A stretch of DNA of 64,000 nucleotides from an uncultured Candidatus Saccharibacteria bacterium. Lineage in GTDB: Bacteria; Patescibacteriota; Minisyncoccia; Phycocordibacterales; UBA12088. Positions 12,176 to 21,590 of the stretch are shown here, in pieces. The translations under genes and the position numbers were made by a program. Under the pieces are notes generated by a model. The model worked only from the letters and a program-made list of their open reading frames with translations. It searched no databases and was not told where the DNA came from. Every line of letters begins with the position of its first letter. Position 1 is the first letter of the stretch. The DNA is taken from NCBI GenBank assembly GCA_964409035.1, contig CAYPBQ010000003.1, positions 41,530 through 105,529 of the forward strand, read 5' to 3'.

Positions 12176-12955
12176 TTATTGAGCTACCTTTCCGGTCTGT
12201 GTATCTACAATAAGTGTAATGATATCAGCAGGAAGCGCTCCACTCATACCAAGCTGGTTTTCAGTAATAACACTGAAGAGTGCGTTACCATACTGTGCGT
12301 TAAAGGACTCTGCAAGCTTCTTCACCTCATCCTTGATAGGCTCCTTGAAGATAAATACAGAGAAAGGTGTACCCGTTCCACCAGCAGCTCTTGCTTCAGC
12401 AAAATCAGTATCAACCTCGTTTTGATAAGTGGTTTCAGTAAGACATGCGCCAAAGGCGTCTTTATCTACACCTGCGCCGCTTGCAAGTGATGGAAGAATA
12501 GCCAAGTCAACCTGGTTATTTGATGGGGTGGTTTCGTAATAGGTGTCAGCAAAGTTCCAAAAGGCATCATTTCCTCCTAGACTTGCAACGCACTCAGAGG
12601 CAAGTGATACAAATGGCGCCTTTGAATGTAGTTCTTGAAGCGGGAAGTGTCGGTACACCCATGCAAGATCACCACTCTTTCCTCTTGTATCCATTACCGT
12701 CTTTAGATCCTTATGGAATCGCTGGCAGAATGGGCATTCAAAATCAGAATATTCAACAATAACAACAGGTGCATCTGGATTGCCACGTAGGTGGTCTGCT
12801 TCACTGACACCACGAATTTCTTTACCGCTTGTAGGTATGGTTGCTGTATTTGGCTCCTCATTTGTGGGTGATGATTTACCCACAAAAAATACTGAAATGG
12901 CAATAATAATTCCTGCTGCAAGAATCGAAAGTGGGATTAGTTTGTTTTGTTCCAT
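12176..12955 (-). CDS. DsbA-like thiol:disulfide oxidoreductase, membrane-anchored
   Basis: N-terminal TM helix; thioredoxin-fold active site 'FECPFCQRFH' (CxxC). Confidence 0.75.
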   Translation of the reverse strand: MEQNKLIPLSILAAGIIIAISVFFVGKSSPTNEEPNTATIPTSGKEIRGVSEADHLRGNPDAPVVIVEYSDFECPFCQRFHKDLKTVMDTRGKSGDLAWVYRHFPLQELHSKAPFVSLASECVASLGGNDAFWNFADTYYETTPSNNQVDLAILPSLASGAGVDKDAFGACLTETTYQNEVDTDFAEARAAGGTGTPFSVFIFKEPIKDEVKKLAESFNAQYGNALFSVITENQLGMSGALPADIITLIVDTQTGKVAQ

Positions 12956-13043
12956 GAATGATGATGTGTAAAAAATGCGTTCTCAGCTAGTAATTTATAC
13001 CACTATCCTAGCACATTTATTATTGATATGAGAATATAGACAA

Positions 13044-13874
13044 ATGGATATTATTTCAGCTATTACCCCAGGCATTATCCTCGGAATAGTACAGGGAATT
13101 ACTGAGTTTTTGCCAGTTTCCTCAACTGGGCACCTTATTCTCGCGAGAGATATATTTGGTTTTTCTTCAGAAAATGGTTTGGCGCTCGATGCGATGCTGC
13201 ACCTTGCAACCGCAGGGGCAGTGCTTGCGTATTTTTGGCGGGACTTTCTTACCCTTGCCTATAACGCCTATCGTATGGTGGCAAGAAAAGGAGTAGACCC
13301 AGATACAAGAACACTGCTTTTTGCATTGCTACTTGGTACATTGCCCGCAGTAGGTGCGGGATTGTACCTCGAGGGTTATATGGAAACAGTATTTCGCTCT
13401 AGTACGGTAGTTGCCTGGACCCTTATTGTAGGGTCTGTAATTATGTTACTTGCTGAATATACACACAACAATTTGCATAAAAAATCTGTATCGCAGGGTC
13501 GACTAACGGTACGTAAAGGTATTGCAATTGGCTTTTTTCAAGTGCTTGCGCTTATGCCTGGAATGTCTCGCTCTGGAGCAACTATTTCGGGCGGATTACT
13601 ACTTGGCCTATCTCGCGAGACAGCGGCAAGATTTGCATTTCTGCTTTCATTTCCTGTGATACTTGGCGCGGGGCTCAAAAAGTTTATTGAATTGGAGGCG
13701 AATGGCGCACTCGCAAGCGAAGCATCGGTAATTATTGCGGGTTCAATAAGTGCATTTGTGGTTGGATTAGCGGCAATACACTTTATGATTACATTCCTTC
13801 GTTCTCACACACTTATTCCGTTTGTGATCTACCGCGTGGCACTTGCGCTTGGTATTCTCTTTTTTGCAATGTAG
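13044..13874 (+). CDS. uppP: Undecaprenyl-diphosphatase (BacA/UppP)
   Basis: 'GIVQGITEFLPVSSTGHLIL' and 'PGMSRSGATISGGLLLGLSRE' conserved UppP motifs. Confidence 0.9.
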   Translation: MDIISAITPGIILGIVQGITEFLPVSSTGHLILARDIFGFSSENGLALDAMLHLATAGAVLAYFWRDFLTLAYNAYRMVARKGVDPDTRTLLFALLLGTLPAVGAGLYLEGYMETVFRSSTVVAWTLIVGSVIMLLAEYTHNNLHKKSVSQGRLTVRKGIAIGFFQVLALMPGMSRSGATISGGLLLGLSRETAARFAFLLSFPVILGAGLKKFIELEANGALASEASVIIAGSISAFVVGLAAIHFMITFLRSHTLIPFVIYRVALALGILFFAM

Positions 13875-13959
13875 GTTGGAGTAGGGCTTGTAATCAAAGA
13901 TATTGCACAAGTCAATTTTTGTGAGATATTGCATAAAGTAAACAAACAGGAGAAGTGTC

Positions 13960-14184
13960 ATGCGGCCTGAAATCGACGACGTAGTACAGTATTTAGCAAG
14001 AAGAATTGTAGCCGAAACAGGAGTTTCGGAAGAAGTGGCAATATATTGTGTTAGATGTATTTTCTTTCAAGATCTTCCAGCGTTACTTGAAAGCATAGTG
14101 AGTCAAAATGTATTGGATAAACAAAGCGTAGATACCTGTGTATTGTTGTTACGGGTAATAAATGGGATAGTAGAAGCCAAATAA
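13960..14184 (+). CDS. Hypothetical small protein (74 aa)
   Basis: ORF only; followed by hairpin 14194-14220. Confidence 0.3.
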   Translation: MRPEIDDVVQYLARRIVAETGVSEEVAIYCVRCIFFQDLPALLESIVSQNVLDKQSVDTCVLLLRVINGIVEAK

Positions 14185-14193
14185 ATTTTTTTT

Positions 14194-14220
14194 GAAACCC
14201 CCGTCATTAACGGGGGTTTC
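14194..14220. terminator. Hairpin between convergent genes
   Basis: 'GAAACCCCCGTCATTAACGGGGGTTTC' 10-bp stem, preceded by T8 run. Confidence 0.6.
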
Positions 14221-14243
14221 GCACATAATTATTTTTGTAAGAG

Positions 14244-14822
14244 TTAAAATGGCAGAGTGTGGGTCATGGCGCCATTTTCGGTTGGTTTCTCCCAGTGACT
14301 TGTATCGAGGTGTATTTTTTTGGTTTCTCCAAAGTCCTTATACTTAACATAACCATGCTTCATTGCATAGTCATACACATCTCTTGTTATTTTTACATCA
14401 TCTATACAGTACTTTCTAATTTTCTCAATTTCGCCTTGCTTCCACCATTCATACGCCTGAAGTCCGTGGCTACTTTTACCAACACCAAGGGTGGCTTCGG
14501 CTACGGCATCTAGCTTGAGTCTTCGCCCGAAAGACTTTTGAATCTCTTTGAGAATATCGAGGCTTTTAATATGGGTAAGGTCGCCAGGGTAGTATTTGTT
14601 TAAAAGCGGTATGTCAAAATGGTCACTATTATAACCTATGAGCATGTCTGCTCGTTCAAGTAGTGGCCACAATTTTGGTAGTTCTTCTTCAAGGTAGCTG
14701 GTAAACTCGTTTGTCTCTGAATCCCAGGCGCAGAGCATTGAGATATCAAGAAGTGTCGGGTCGTTTTTACCGACATCAGAAAAAATATTTTTTGTTTCGA
14801 TATCAAATACTACTTTTCGCAT
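14244..14822 (-). CDS. DEDD-type 3'-5' exonuclease (RNase H-like fold, PolB-exonuclease-like)
   Basis: ExoI motif 'VVFDIETKN', ExoII-like 'IGYNSDHFDIPLL', ExoIII-like 'YCIDDVKITRDVYDY'. Confidence 0.6.
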   Translation of the reverse strand: MRKVVFDIETKNIFSDVGKNDPTLLDISMLCAWDSETNEFTSYLEEELPKLWPLLERADMLIGYNSDHFDIPLLNKYYPGDLTHIKSLDILKEIQKSFGRRLKLDAVAEATLGVGKSSHGLQAYEWWKQGEIEKIRKYCIDDVKITRDVYDYAMKHGYVKYKDFGETKKIHLDTSHWEKPTENGAMTHTLPF

Positions 14823-14824
14823 AG

Positions 14825-16135
14825 TTAGGCGGTAGTAGTAAGTAAGGCGCTCGCTATTGCATCTATAGGTAAAATACTTTCTTCTTTTGTGAGCATGTTT
14901 TTTAGTGGGTAGGCATGTGCGTTGCGCTCATTTTCTCCCACAGTAAGTACGAATGGAATTGATTTTTTTGACGCGTATGACACTTGTTCACCAACTTTCT
15001 TATTTGTAACATTTACCACCACTTCCACTCCTTTTGCTCTAAGCTCAGTAGCGATAGTGTGAGCAAACAGGATATCGGCTTCGGTAACAGTGGCAATATA
15101 TAGTTGATGTGCTGATGATAATGCAGGAAGCAAATCATGGGTAGTAAGAAAATCAGCTATGGTGACATCACCCATTCCAAACCCCACCGCGGGAACACTT
15201 TCAACTCCAAATATATCAACCAAGTGGTCGTATCTTCCGCCACCAAAAATGGAACGTCTGTTTTCAGGGTTGGTATCAAATACCTCAAACACCATGCCAT
15301 TATAGTAGTCAAAGCCACGCATAAGCGTAGGAACAAATCTGATGTTGCGTAGTGACAGTGCTTCTAGCTGTGATAGTAGCGCACGCAAATCATTTGCACC
15401 TTCTGAAGATTCAAGCAGTGGCGATTGTTGCAAAAATTCATCAAGAGTTGCTGCTTCAAGCATGGTGGCAAGCATGGTTGCCTTCTCTGGAATAAGTACG
15501 GTGAGGTCACTAAGAAACTCATCCTTGGAGATTTTCTCTTTTTTATCAAGAAGCTTTGCAAGTTTATATCGAGCGTCTGCTTCAAGTGATAACACATCAT
15601 CAAAAAGCGCATTCATGAGACTTCGATGATTGATGCGAATTTCAAAGTCTTCTTCCTTAGCACCAAAGTCCTTCATGATAGTGGAGGCAAGGAGTAGAAT
15701 CTCTGCGTCCGCAGTAACACTTTTTGCGCCAAATAAATCGCAATTTAGTTGCCAATGTTCTCGGAGTCGACCACGTTGTGGGCGTTCGTATCTAAATAGG
15801 TTTGGTATAGAGTACCACCGCAATGGGAAGACAAGCTCCTTTCTCTTGGCGGCTATCATGCGAGCTACTGTTGGGGTCATTTCTGGGCGAAGGGTTACGC
15901 GCCTTTCACCTCTGTCAGTAAATGTGTATGTTTCGTTGTTAACCATCTCCTCTCCGCTTTTGGCTTCATAGAGTTCTGCGCTTTCAAGTACTGAGGCGGT
16001 ATACTCCTCATAGCCAAATTTCTCAGCGCTAGCGCGCATACCATCAGTTATGTAGCGCATAAGGCGCATATCCTCTGGATAGAAGTCTCTTACCCCCTTA
16101 TACGGTTCTTTGCTTATGCGACTTGCGTTTTCTTT
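14825..16135 (-). CDS. hisS: Histidine--tRNA ligase
   Basis: Class II aaRS HisRS motifs 'RWYSIPNLFRYERPQRGRLREHWQLNCDLFG', 'GGGRYD'; start set at 'MKENASR' (ORF-track begins further upstream at 16186). Confidence 0.9.
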   Translation of the reverse strand, partial: KENASRISKEPYKGVRDFYPEDMRLMRYITDGMRASAEKFGYEEYTASVLESAELYEAKSGEEMVNNETYTFTDRGERRVTLRPEMTPTVARMIAAKRKELVFPLRWYSIPNLFRYERPQRGRLREHWQLNCDLFGAKSVTADAEILLLASTIMKDFGAKEEDFEIRINHRSLMNALFDDVLSLEADARYKLAKLLDKKEKISKDEFLSDLTVLIPEKATMLATMLEAATLDEFLQQSPLLESSEGANDLRALLSQLEALSLRNIRFVPTLMRGFDYYNGMVFEVFDTNPENRRSIFGGGRYDHLVDIFGVESVPAVGFGMGDVTIADFLTTHDLLPALSSAHQLYIATVTEADILFAHTIATELRAKGVEVVVNVTNKKVGEQVSYASKKSIPFVLTVGENERNAHAYPLKNMLTKEESILPIDAIASALLTTTA

Positions 16136-16160
16136 CATGATGAGGTTCATTGTAGCAAAT

Positions 16161-16928
16161 ATGGACAATATGGTGAATCTATACAAAGCACGATTTGAGA
16201 CGCCAAAAGAGTGTCTGGATGCGTTTGTACAATCTCATAAGGAGTATCAAGGGGTAAAGGCTACTTACGCAGGAAGACTCGATCCGCTTGCCGAGGGGGT
16301 ACTTCCAATTCTTTTTGGAGATGCGGTGCATACCAAGGAAGCAGTAACTGTATTGTTAAAGGAGTATCGGGTACAGATACTCTTTGGATTCAGCACAGAT
16401 ACCGCTGATGTTCTTGGTGTACTTGAGAAGGTGGAGCAGGTATCCGCACCTTCACTAGTTGCGCTTCTTAAAGCGCTTGAGAGTTTGATTGGAACACGCG
16501 AGCAGAAATATCCACTCTTCTCTTCAAAGACTGTGAACGGCAAGCAATTACATGAGTACGGTAGAAGTGGTACAGCAGTTAGTGTGCCAAGTCATGTGGT
16601 TACTATAGATTCTATAACTCTTACCACGCTTTCTTCTATTGGCACTAATAACATAGAGTCCCTTGTCCATGCCGCATGTGCTCATGTTCACGGAGACTTT
16701 AGACAAGAAAAAATCAAAGCGATATGGCATGACACACTTAGAAAACTCCCACACGCAACGTTTCCACTCGCGGAGATTACTGTTACGTGCGGTAGCGGAG
16801 CATATATGCGAGTGTTAGCACAGGAGATAGGAGAGGCGCTTAACATTCCTGCGCTTGCCTTTAGTATTGTGAGAACAAGAGTTGGAGACCTTACCTTAGA
16901 CAACGCTATTCATCCACATCTCGGTTAA
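16161..16928 (+). CDS. truB: tRNA pseudouridine(55) synthase TruB-like
   Basis: Catalytic motif 'YAGRLDPLAEGVLPILFGDA' (TruB 'GTLDPxAxGVL'); start taken at 'MDNMVNL', divergent from hisS. Confidence 0.7.
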   Translation: MDNMVNLYKARFETPKECLDAFVQSHKEYQGVKATYAGRLDPLAEGVLPILFGDAVHTKEAVTVLLKEYRVQILFGFSTDTADVLGVLEKVEQVSAPSLVALLKALESLIGTREQKYPLFSSKTVNGKQLHEYGRSGTAVSVPSHVVTIDSITLTTLSSIGTNNIESLVHAACAHVHGDFRQEKIKAIWHDTLRKLPHATFPLAEITVTCGSGAYMRVLAQEIGEALNIPALAFSIVRTRVGDLTLDNAIHPHLG

Positions 16929-17523
16929 TCATACGATTAAATTCGTCATCTTCTTCAAATTCAACTCCACTAACTCCTGACTTGCCCTTTTTCTCCTCAG
17001 TTTTGATTTGTATAAGAATATCACGCAGTTTTTCAGGGTGAGATACTCCCTGGAGGGTGAAGTGACGCATTTCTCCTGCGGTTTGTATTTCGATTGTGCC
17101 AAAATTTAGTAATGAGGCAATCACACCATTAACCTCATATGCAACATCTTGGATAAAGTCGAGACGAACATTTGCGACATTTCTATTAAAAAATCCTTTT
17201 TGCTCGATATCAATTAAGCGATGGTTTGTGATTATCCATACATCAAGGTAGTAATCTATCCATACCCAAAATAGGCGCATCCACAGCAACAATGACCAGA
17301 GCGCAAGGCTAAAAATTATAACGGCATTATCTATAGATACCGCTACAATGATTTCTTCTTCTGAGGGTATAAAACGAGATAGCGACACTGATTCTGGGAT
17401 GAAGGGGAGCGCAAGGAAGGGAAGGGCAAGTAGTACGAATATAGGTAGTAACTCGCCAAATAATACAAATACATGCTTGCGGGCAGTGGTTACTATTCTT
17501 TCATCTGGTCCTAAATTAATCAT
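16906..17523 (-). CDS. Membrane protein with bacterial PH-like (bPH_2/YdbS-like) domain
   Basis: Two TM helices followed by soluble domain; family call is from general resemblance only. Confidence 0.45.
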   Translation of the reverse strand: MINLGPDERIVTTARKHVFVLFGELLPIFVLLALPFLALPFIPESVSLSRFIPSEEEIIVAVSIDNAVIIFSLALWSLLLWMRLFWVWIDYYLDVWIITNHRLIDIEQKGFFNRNVANVRLDFIQDVAYEVNGVIASLLNFGTIEIQTAGEMRHFTLQGVSHPEKLRDILIQIKTEEKKGKSGVSGVEFEEDDEFNRMINRDVDE

Positions 17524-17753
17524 GACGCAATGCTAGACATGCTAATGATGAGTACAAAAAAGAGAAACCCTGACACACCAAAGTATACTAGTAATGCAGT
17601 ACTCATGACGGCATTGCTGACGCTGTACTTTGTGAGGTGGTACACAAACAATAGGCTAAACACCATAAATACAAATGCCACAATATTAAATGCGGCCCCC
17701 ATTGGAGATGTGCCAAATATATCTAGTATGGTGATGTCGCTAAAATTTGTCAT
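17520..17753 (-). CDS. Small hydrophobic protein (77 aa)
   Basis: Two predicted TM helices; overlaps stop of downstream gene by 4 nt (operon-like). Confidence 0.3.
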   Translation of the reverse strand: MTNFSDITILDIFGTSPMGAAFNIVAFVFMVFSLLFVYHLTKYSVSNAVMSTALLVYFGVSGFLFFVLIISMSSIAS

Positions 17754-17756
17754 TGT

Positions 17757-18410
17757 TTATCGTACTTCAATTGATTGCTCCTCATTACATACGCCCTCTG
17801 CCCACAACCCGCGCTTTGCTGCGATGGCATCTTGTTCAATTGCTACAAATCTATCATGCAGCTCGTATGGCGATTGGTACAGATATTCGTACGCAAAACC
17901 ATCTCGTAGCAGTAGCTCATTTATACTTCGTCCATCTGAAAGGTAGGCATAGGCTAGCAACCTACCGTACTTGTCGTAGATGCCTTGGGTTGCATCTGTT
18001 ACTAGTACTACGTCGTGATTACTAATGAGATAGGTGAGATGTTCTGATGCTTCCTTGCCAAAGCACTCTACTGGTTTGTTAGGATGCACCGTCTCTGGAG
18101 TATCAATACCTAGTAGTCGTACCGTAACTGGCTTGTCATTTATTGATACAACAAATGTATCGCCATCAACAACTCGCATCACCTTAGCAATTTTTGGAAA
18201 TGATACCTGACTCTTTGATTGCGATTCAAGGTCAATTACTTCTGCCACTTCTTGCTCGCTTGTGTACTCAGCAACAAGTGCCCCTTGGTCATGAATTTGA
18301 ACATCGTTGGTATCTGCTTCTTGTAGTGTGATTGATCCAGACCACATCAAATACACAAATACAAGCGAGGATACGATGGCGATTGCGGTGTTTAGTGTCT
18401 TTTTATTCAT
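17757..18410 (-). CDS. Secreted/membrane-anchored thermonuclease (staphylococcal nuclease, SNase fold)
   Basis: N-terminal TM/signal; 'VVDGDTFVV...VRLLGIDTPE...YGRLLAYAY...LLRDGFA' SNase catalytic core. Confidence 0.85.
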   Translation of the reverse strand: MNKKTLNTAIAIVSSLVFVYLMWSGSITLQEADTNDVQIHDQGALVAEYTSEQEVAEVIDLESQSKSQVSFPKIAKVMRVVDGDTFVVSINDKPVTVRLLGIDTPETVHPNKPVECFGKEASEHLTYLISNHDVVLVTDATQGIYDKYGRLLAYAYLSDGRSINELLLRDGFAYEYLYQSPYELHDRFVAIEQDAIAAKRGLWAEGVCNEEQSIEVR

Positions 18411-18412
18411 GG

Positions 18413-18979
18413 CTAAAACACAACCGGAATGGTAAGCGAATCATCATGTTCTGGTAGTCCAGAGGCATTTGCCTTTTTGATAAGAAGATAGCCGCTACCT
18501 GTTGCAGATGTTGGGAAGCTTAGTGTCCCGGTATATGGGACAAAATTTTCAGTCATCCACTCTCCTTGAGCTTCTATATAGCCACTTGAAATAAGCACTC
18601 CACTATTGTTATACAGCTCAACTGGAGCTGTCGCTTCAAAAAACCAATATCCACGCGCCTCGCCCGCAATGATTAATGGATTCATTACTGTGTCACCTGG
18701 GCGTGGGGCAGTGCTTTTGATGAGGTTTGTTTTTTCTAATTCATTACCTATATCTCTGGTGAAGGATGTGCCACTGTTAGTAATACATCGCTCTGGATAT
18801 GACTCAAGGACAGGATAGTAGTGCGCGCATTCTTCAAAGGTGGTAATAGAACTATCTGGTTTTTTGTTTAGCTTTTTTTCTAGCCACATCTTAGGACCAG
18901 GAAAATAAAACACAATAGCCAATATGCCGGTAATCACCAGTAATCCGAGTAGCAGTTGTTGCTTGGTGGTTAATATCAT
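18413..18979 (-). CDS. Hypothetical exported protein with N-terminal TM anchor
   Basis: ORF + N-terminal hydrophobic helix; no recognisable motif. Confidence 0.4.
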   Translation of the reverse strand: MILTTKQQLLLGLLVITGILAIVFYFPGPKMWLEKKLNKKPDSSITTFEECAHYYPVLESYPERCITNSGTSFTRDIGNELEKTNLIKSTAPRPGDTVMNPLIIAGEARGYWFFEATAPVELYNNSGVLISSGYIEAQGEWMTENFVPYTGTLSFPTSATGSGYLLIKKANASGLPEHDDSLTIPVVF

Positions 18980-18999
18980 ATATACGAGTATAGCAAATG

Positions 19000-19170
19000 T
19001 TACATTGCTCCGTCCTTCTCATCTTTTGCATATGCCTCTAAGTGCATACCATCAACGCACGAGCAGGGGGTAAGGAGTACTTGATGTTTTGGGCAATCTA
19101 CCGCGGCGCAAGTTTTTTGTGTTGGTGATACTCCTCCACAACCTCCAGTACATACATAGTGTTCTCCCAT
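19000..19170 (-). CDS. Possible small cysteine-rich protein (56 aa; below ORF-track cutoff)
   Basis: Reverse-strand ORF 'MGEHYVCTGGCGGVSPTQKTCAAVDCPKHQVLLTPCSCVDGMHLEAYAKDEKDGAM' with 7 Cys (CxxxC, CxxxxC, CxC); lies in otherwise empty 340-bp gap. Confidence 0.3.
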   Translation of the reverse strand: MGEHYVCTGGCGGVSPTQKTCAAVDCPKHQVLLTPCSCVDGMHLEAYAKDEKDGAM

Positions 19171-19283
19171 ACAATTAGATATTAATTATTGGTTAATACC
19201 TCTAGTGTGGCATGTCTGTCGTATTGAGCAAGAGTATGAAGTGGAATACTCAGTATATAGATAGGTGTTACTTATCCACAGTT

Positions 19284-19309
19284 GTATACTGAACGAACGT
19301 TCAGTATAC
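19284..19309. promoter_or_regulatory. SOS box (LexA operator) upstream of lexA
   Basis: 'GTATACTGAAC GAAC GTTCAGTATAC' : perfect 11-bp inverted arms around 4-bp spacer containing the GAAC-N4-GTTC (Cheo-box type) core; overlaps TATACT -10-like hexamers. Confidence 0.8.
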
Positions 19310-19337
19310 TAACTTCATGACACAAAGAGAAGGAAAA

Positions 19338-19889
19338 ATGATTTTAGATTTTTACTACGCAAACAAACGGATGCCCAGCTACCGAGAAATTGCTGATTTG
19401 ATGGGGTATGCGTCTAAAAATGCCGCGTTTTCACTAGTTAGCAAGCTCATCGATGCAGGGTTTATTCAGAAAGACCACACCGGAAAGCTCATTCCAACTC
19501 ATTTATTTAGTGAGGTAAAACTACTCGGTGCGGTTGAGGCGGGATTTCCATCTGTAGCAGAAGAACAGCTTATCGACACCATGTCGATTGATGATTTTTT
19601 AATTGAACATCGAGACGCCTCATATGTACTCACAATAAAGGGTGACTCCATGAAAGATGCTGGAATCATGGAAGGAGATCTTGTCATCGTTGAGCGAAGA
19701 GAAAAGGCAAAGGAAGGATCAATTGTCATTGCCGAGCTAGACGGAGAATGGACTATTAAATATCTTCGGAAAGATAAAACAGGCGCCCAATATCTTGAAC
19801 CAGCAAATGAGAAGTACCCCGATTTATATCCGAAAGAAAGTTTACGAGTGGTAGCGGTGGTAGTGGGAGTTATACGTAAATACAGATAA
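19338..19889 (+). CDS. lexA: LexA repressor (SOS regulator, S24 peptidase)
   Basis: wHTH N-domain; cleavage site 'GAVEAGFP' (Ala-Gly), catalytic 'GDSM' Ser and 'TIKYL' Lys; start moved to ATG 19338 which has RBS 'GAAGGA' 5 nt upstream (ORF-track start 19317). Confidence 0.9.
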   Translation: MILDFYYANKRMPSYREIADLMGYASKNAAFSLVSKLIDAGFIQKDHTGKLIPTHLFSEVKLLGAVEAGFPSVAEEQLIDTMSIDDFLIEHRDASYVLTIKGDSMKDAGIMEGDLVIVERREKAKEGSIVIAELDGEWTIKYLRKDKTGAQYLEPANEKYPDLYPKESLRVVAVVVGVIRKYR

Positions 19890-20170
19890 TAACAAATATG
19901 AAATCAAAAAAAGTCCCGCAGGTAAAAATACTTCTCTCCTCATTTTGTGCTACGAATCAAGCGCGATGGTGGCGAGAATGGAATTATGATCATTCTCCTC
20001 AAGAAGTGTACGCAAGGGCGGTATCGCTAAGATAAAAAAAGACGACCCCTCAGACGAGATGGGGGCGTCCTAAAATGGGGTCGTCAATTCCAATCAAATG
20101 ACTCCAGAGTGACCTACAAATAGGTTCTTATATACCGGAGTCTTGTATAGCATCACCTGTTTCTAATTTC

Positions 20171-21430
20171 ATGTCCAGCAATTTTCCGCACATTATTCAT
20201 ATAGATGCCGATGCATTTTTTGCATCATGTGAAGAGGCTATGAATCACCGTCTCATTGGAAAGCCGGTAGTAGTAGGGCAGGAGAGAGGTATGGTGACGG
20301 CACTTAATATACACGCTAAACGTATGGGGATAGCACGCGGACTGCCTATTTTTCAAGTAAAAAAAATATGCCCACGCTGTATTATTTTGTCGGGTAATTA
20401 TAGAGCGTATAGCATGTTTTCTTCGCGCATGGCTCGTATCACTAAACGATTTGCGTCCGTAGTGGAGCCTTACAGCGTGGACGAATGTTTTGCTGATATT
20501 GCAGATGATGCTTCATCCCTTGATGAGGCAATATCTCTTGCAAAGGCTCTGTCACATACATTGCACGAGGAATTAGGTATTACATTTTCTCTTGGATTAG
20601 CACCAACAAAAACGCTTGCTAAGGTGGCATCAAAGTGGAACAAGCCACAAGGCTTTACTGTTATTGAATCATCTACCATCGCATCGTTTCTTAATGATAG
20701 ATCAATAGAAGATGTCTGGGGTATTGGTCCTGCACTTGCTCATAAACTCAAGGGGTTAGGAGTAATGACAGCAAATGCTTTTAAAGAGAAGAGTCATGAG
20801 TGGGTACTAGAGCATGTACCTCACAAGCATGAACGTTCGCTGTGGCATGAGTTACGAGGAGAAATAGTATCAGCTGTAAGCAATCAATCGTCACCACCAT
20901 CATCAACTCAGGCATTCAAAAGTTTTAAGGCATTACACGATATTGATATGGTGTATGCTCACTTGGTTAGCAATCTATCTCGCGCAACATTGCGATTGCG
21001 ACATGCTGGGCTTTTTGCATCGAGGGCAAGTTTTCATGTTCGAGACCATAGACGTATGCGTAAATCAATAGATATACAGATTTCGCCATCATCCTCAAAC
21101 CCAAATGCATTTTTAACTGAATTTAAAAAAAGGAGTAAAGAAATACTTATTCCATCAGTGGTGTATACACAAACAGGTGTATCACTGTTTGGTCTTTCTC
21201 CTTACCCGGTATACAGCACTCTCTTTGGTGAAGAAACTACCACCAAGAGATGGCAACAAGCATATTCATCGGTAGATGGAGTAAATGCCGTATATGGCTC
21301 TCACACCATTATGCTTGGTGTTAGTATGCCTCTCGATACAAAATCAAATAAAAAAGCTACATCGATCACAGATATAGCAAAAGGTGACGCGCAGACACTT
21401 ACCATGCCGTATTTAGGAGAGGTATCGTGA
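20171..21430 (+). CDS. Y-family (translesion) DNA polymerase, DinB/UmuC-like
   Basis: 'IIHIDADAFFASCEE' catalytic Asp motif, 'YSVDECFADI' second Asp/Glu motif, 'SLGLAPTKTLAKVASK', 'VWGIGP'; adjacent to lexA. Confidence 0.85.
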   Translation: MSSNFPHIIHIDADAFFASCEEAMNHRLIGKPVVVGQERGMVTALNIHAKRMGIARGLPIFQVKKICPRCIILSGNYRAYSMFSSRMARITKRFASVVEPYSVDECFADIADDASSLDEAISLAKALSHTLHEELGITFSLGLAPTKTLAKVASKWNKPQGFTVIESSTIASFLNDRSIEDVWGIGPALAHKLKGLGVMTANAFKEKSHEWVLEHVPHKHERSLWHELRGEIVSAVSNQSSPPSSTQAFKSFKALHDIDMVYAHLVSNLSRATLRLRHAGLFASRASFHVRDHRRMRKSIDIQISPSSSNPNAFLTEFKKRSKEILIPSVVYTQTGVSLFGLSPYPVYSTLFGEETTTKRWQQAYSSVDGVNAVYGSHTIMLGVSMPLDTKSNKKATSITDIAKGDAQTLTMPYLGEVS

Positions 21431-21590
21431 ATAGAAGTGGATATGACGCTTTTATGGAGACACACACATGGTACACTTATACTGCTGTACGTAATAATTG
21501 CCATTACATCGTAACTAATTAGCAGTAAGCCTTACTACTATAAAAAAGGAATCCAATAACAAAACAGTCTCCAGTGCAGATAAAGCTTCA

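Noticed and set aside
20041-20093. Long-range stem GACGACCCC...GGGGTCGTC between lexA and the Y-family polymerase as a riboswitch/attenuator
   Set aside because: It is a single 9-bp stem with a 35-nt loop and no flanking U-run or recognisable aptamer consensus. It is noted only as a possible processing or partial terminator site.
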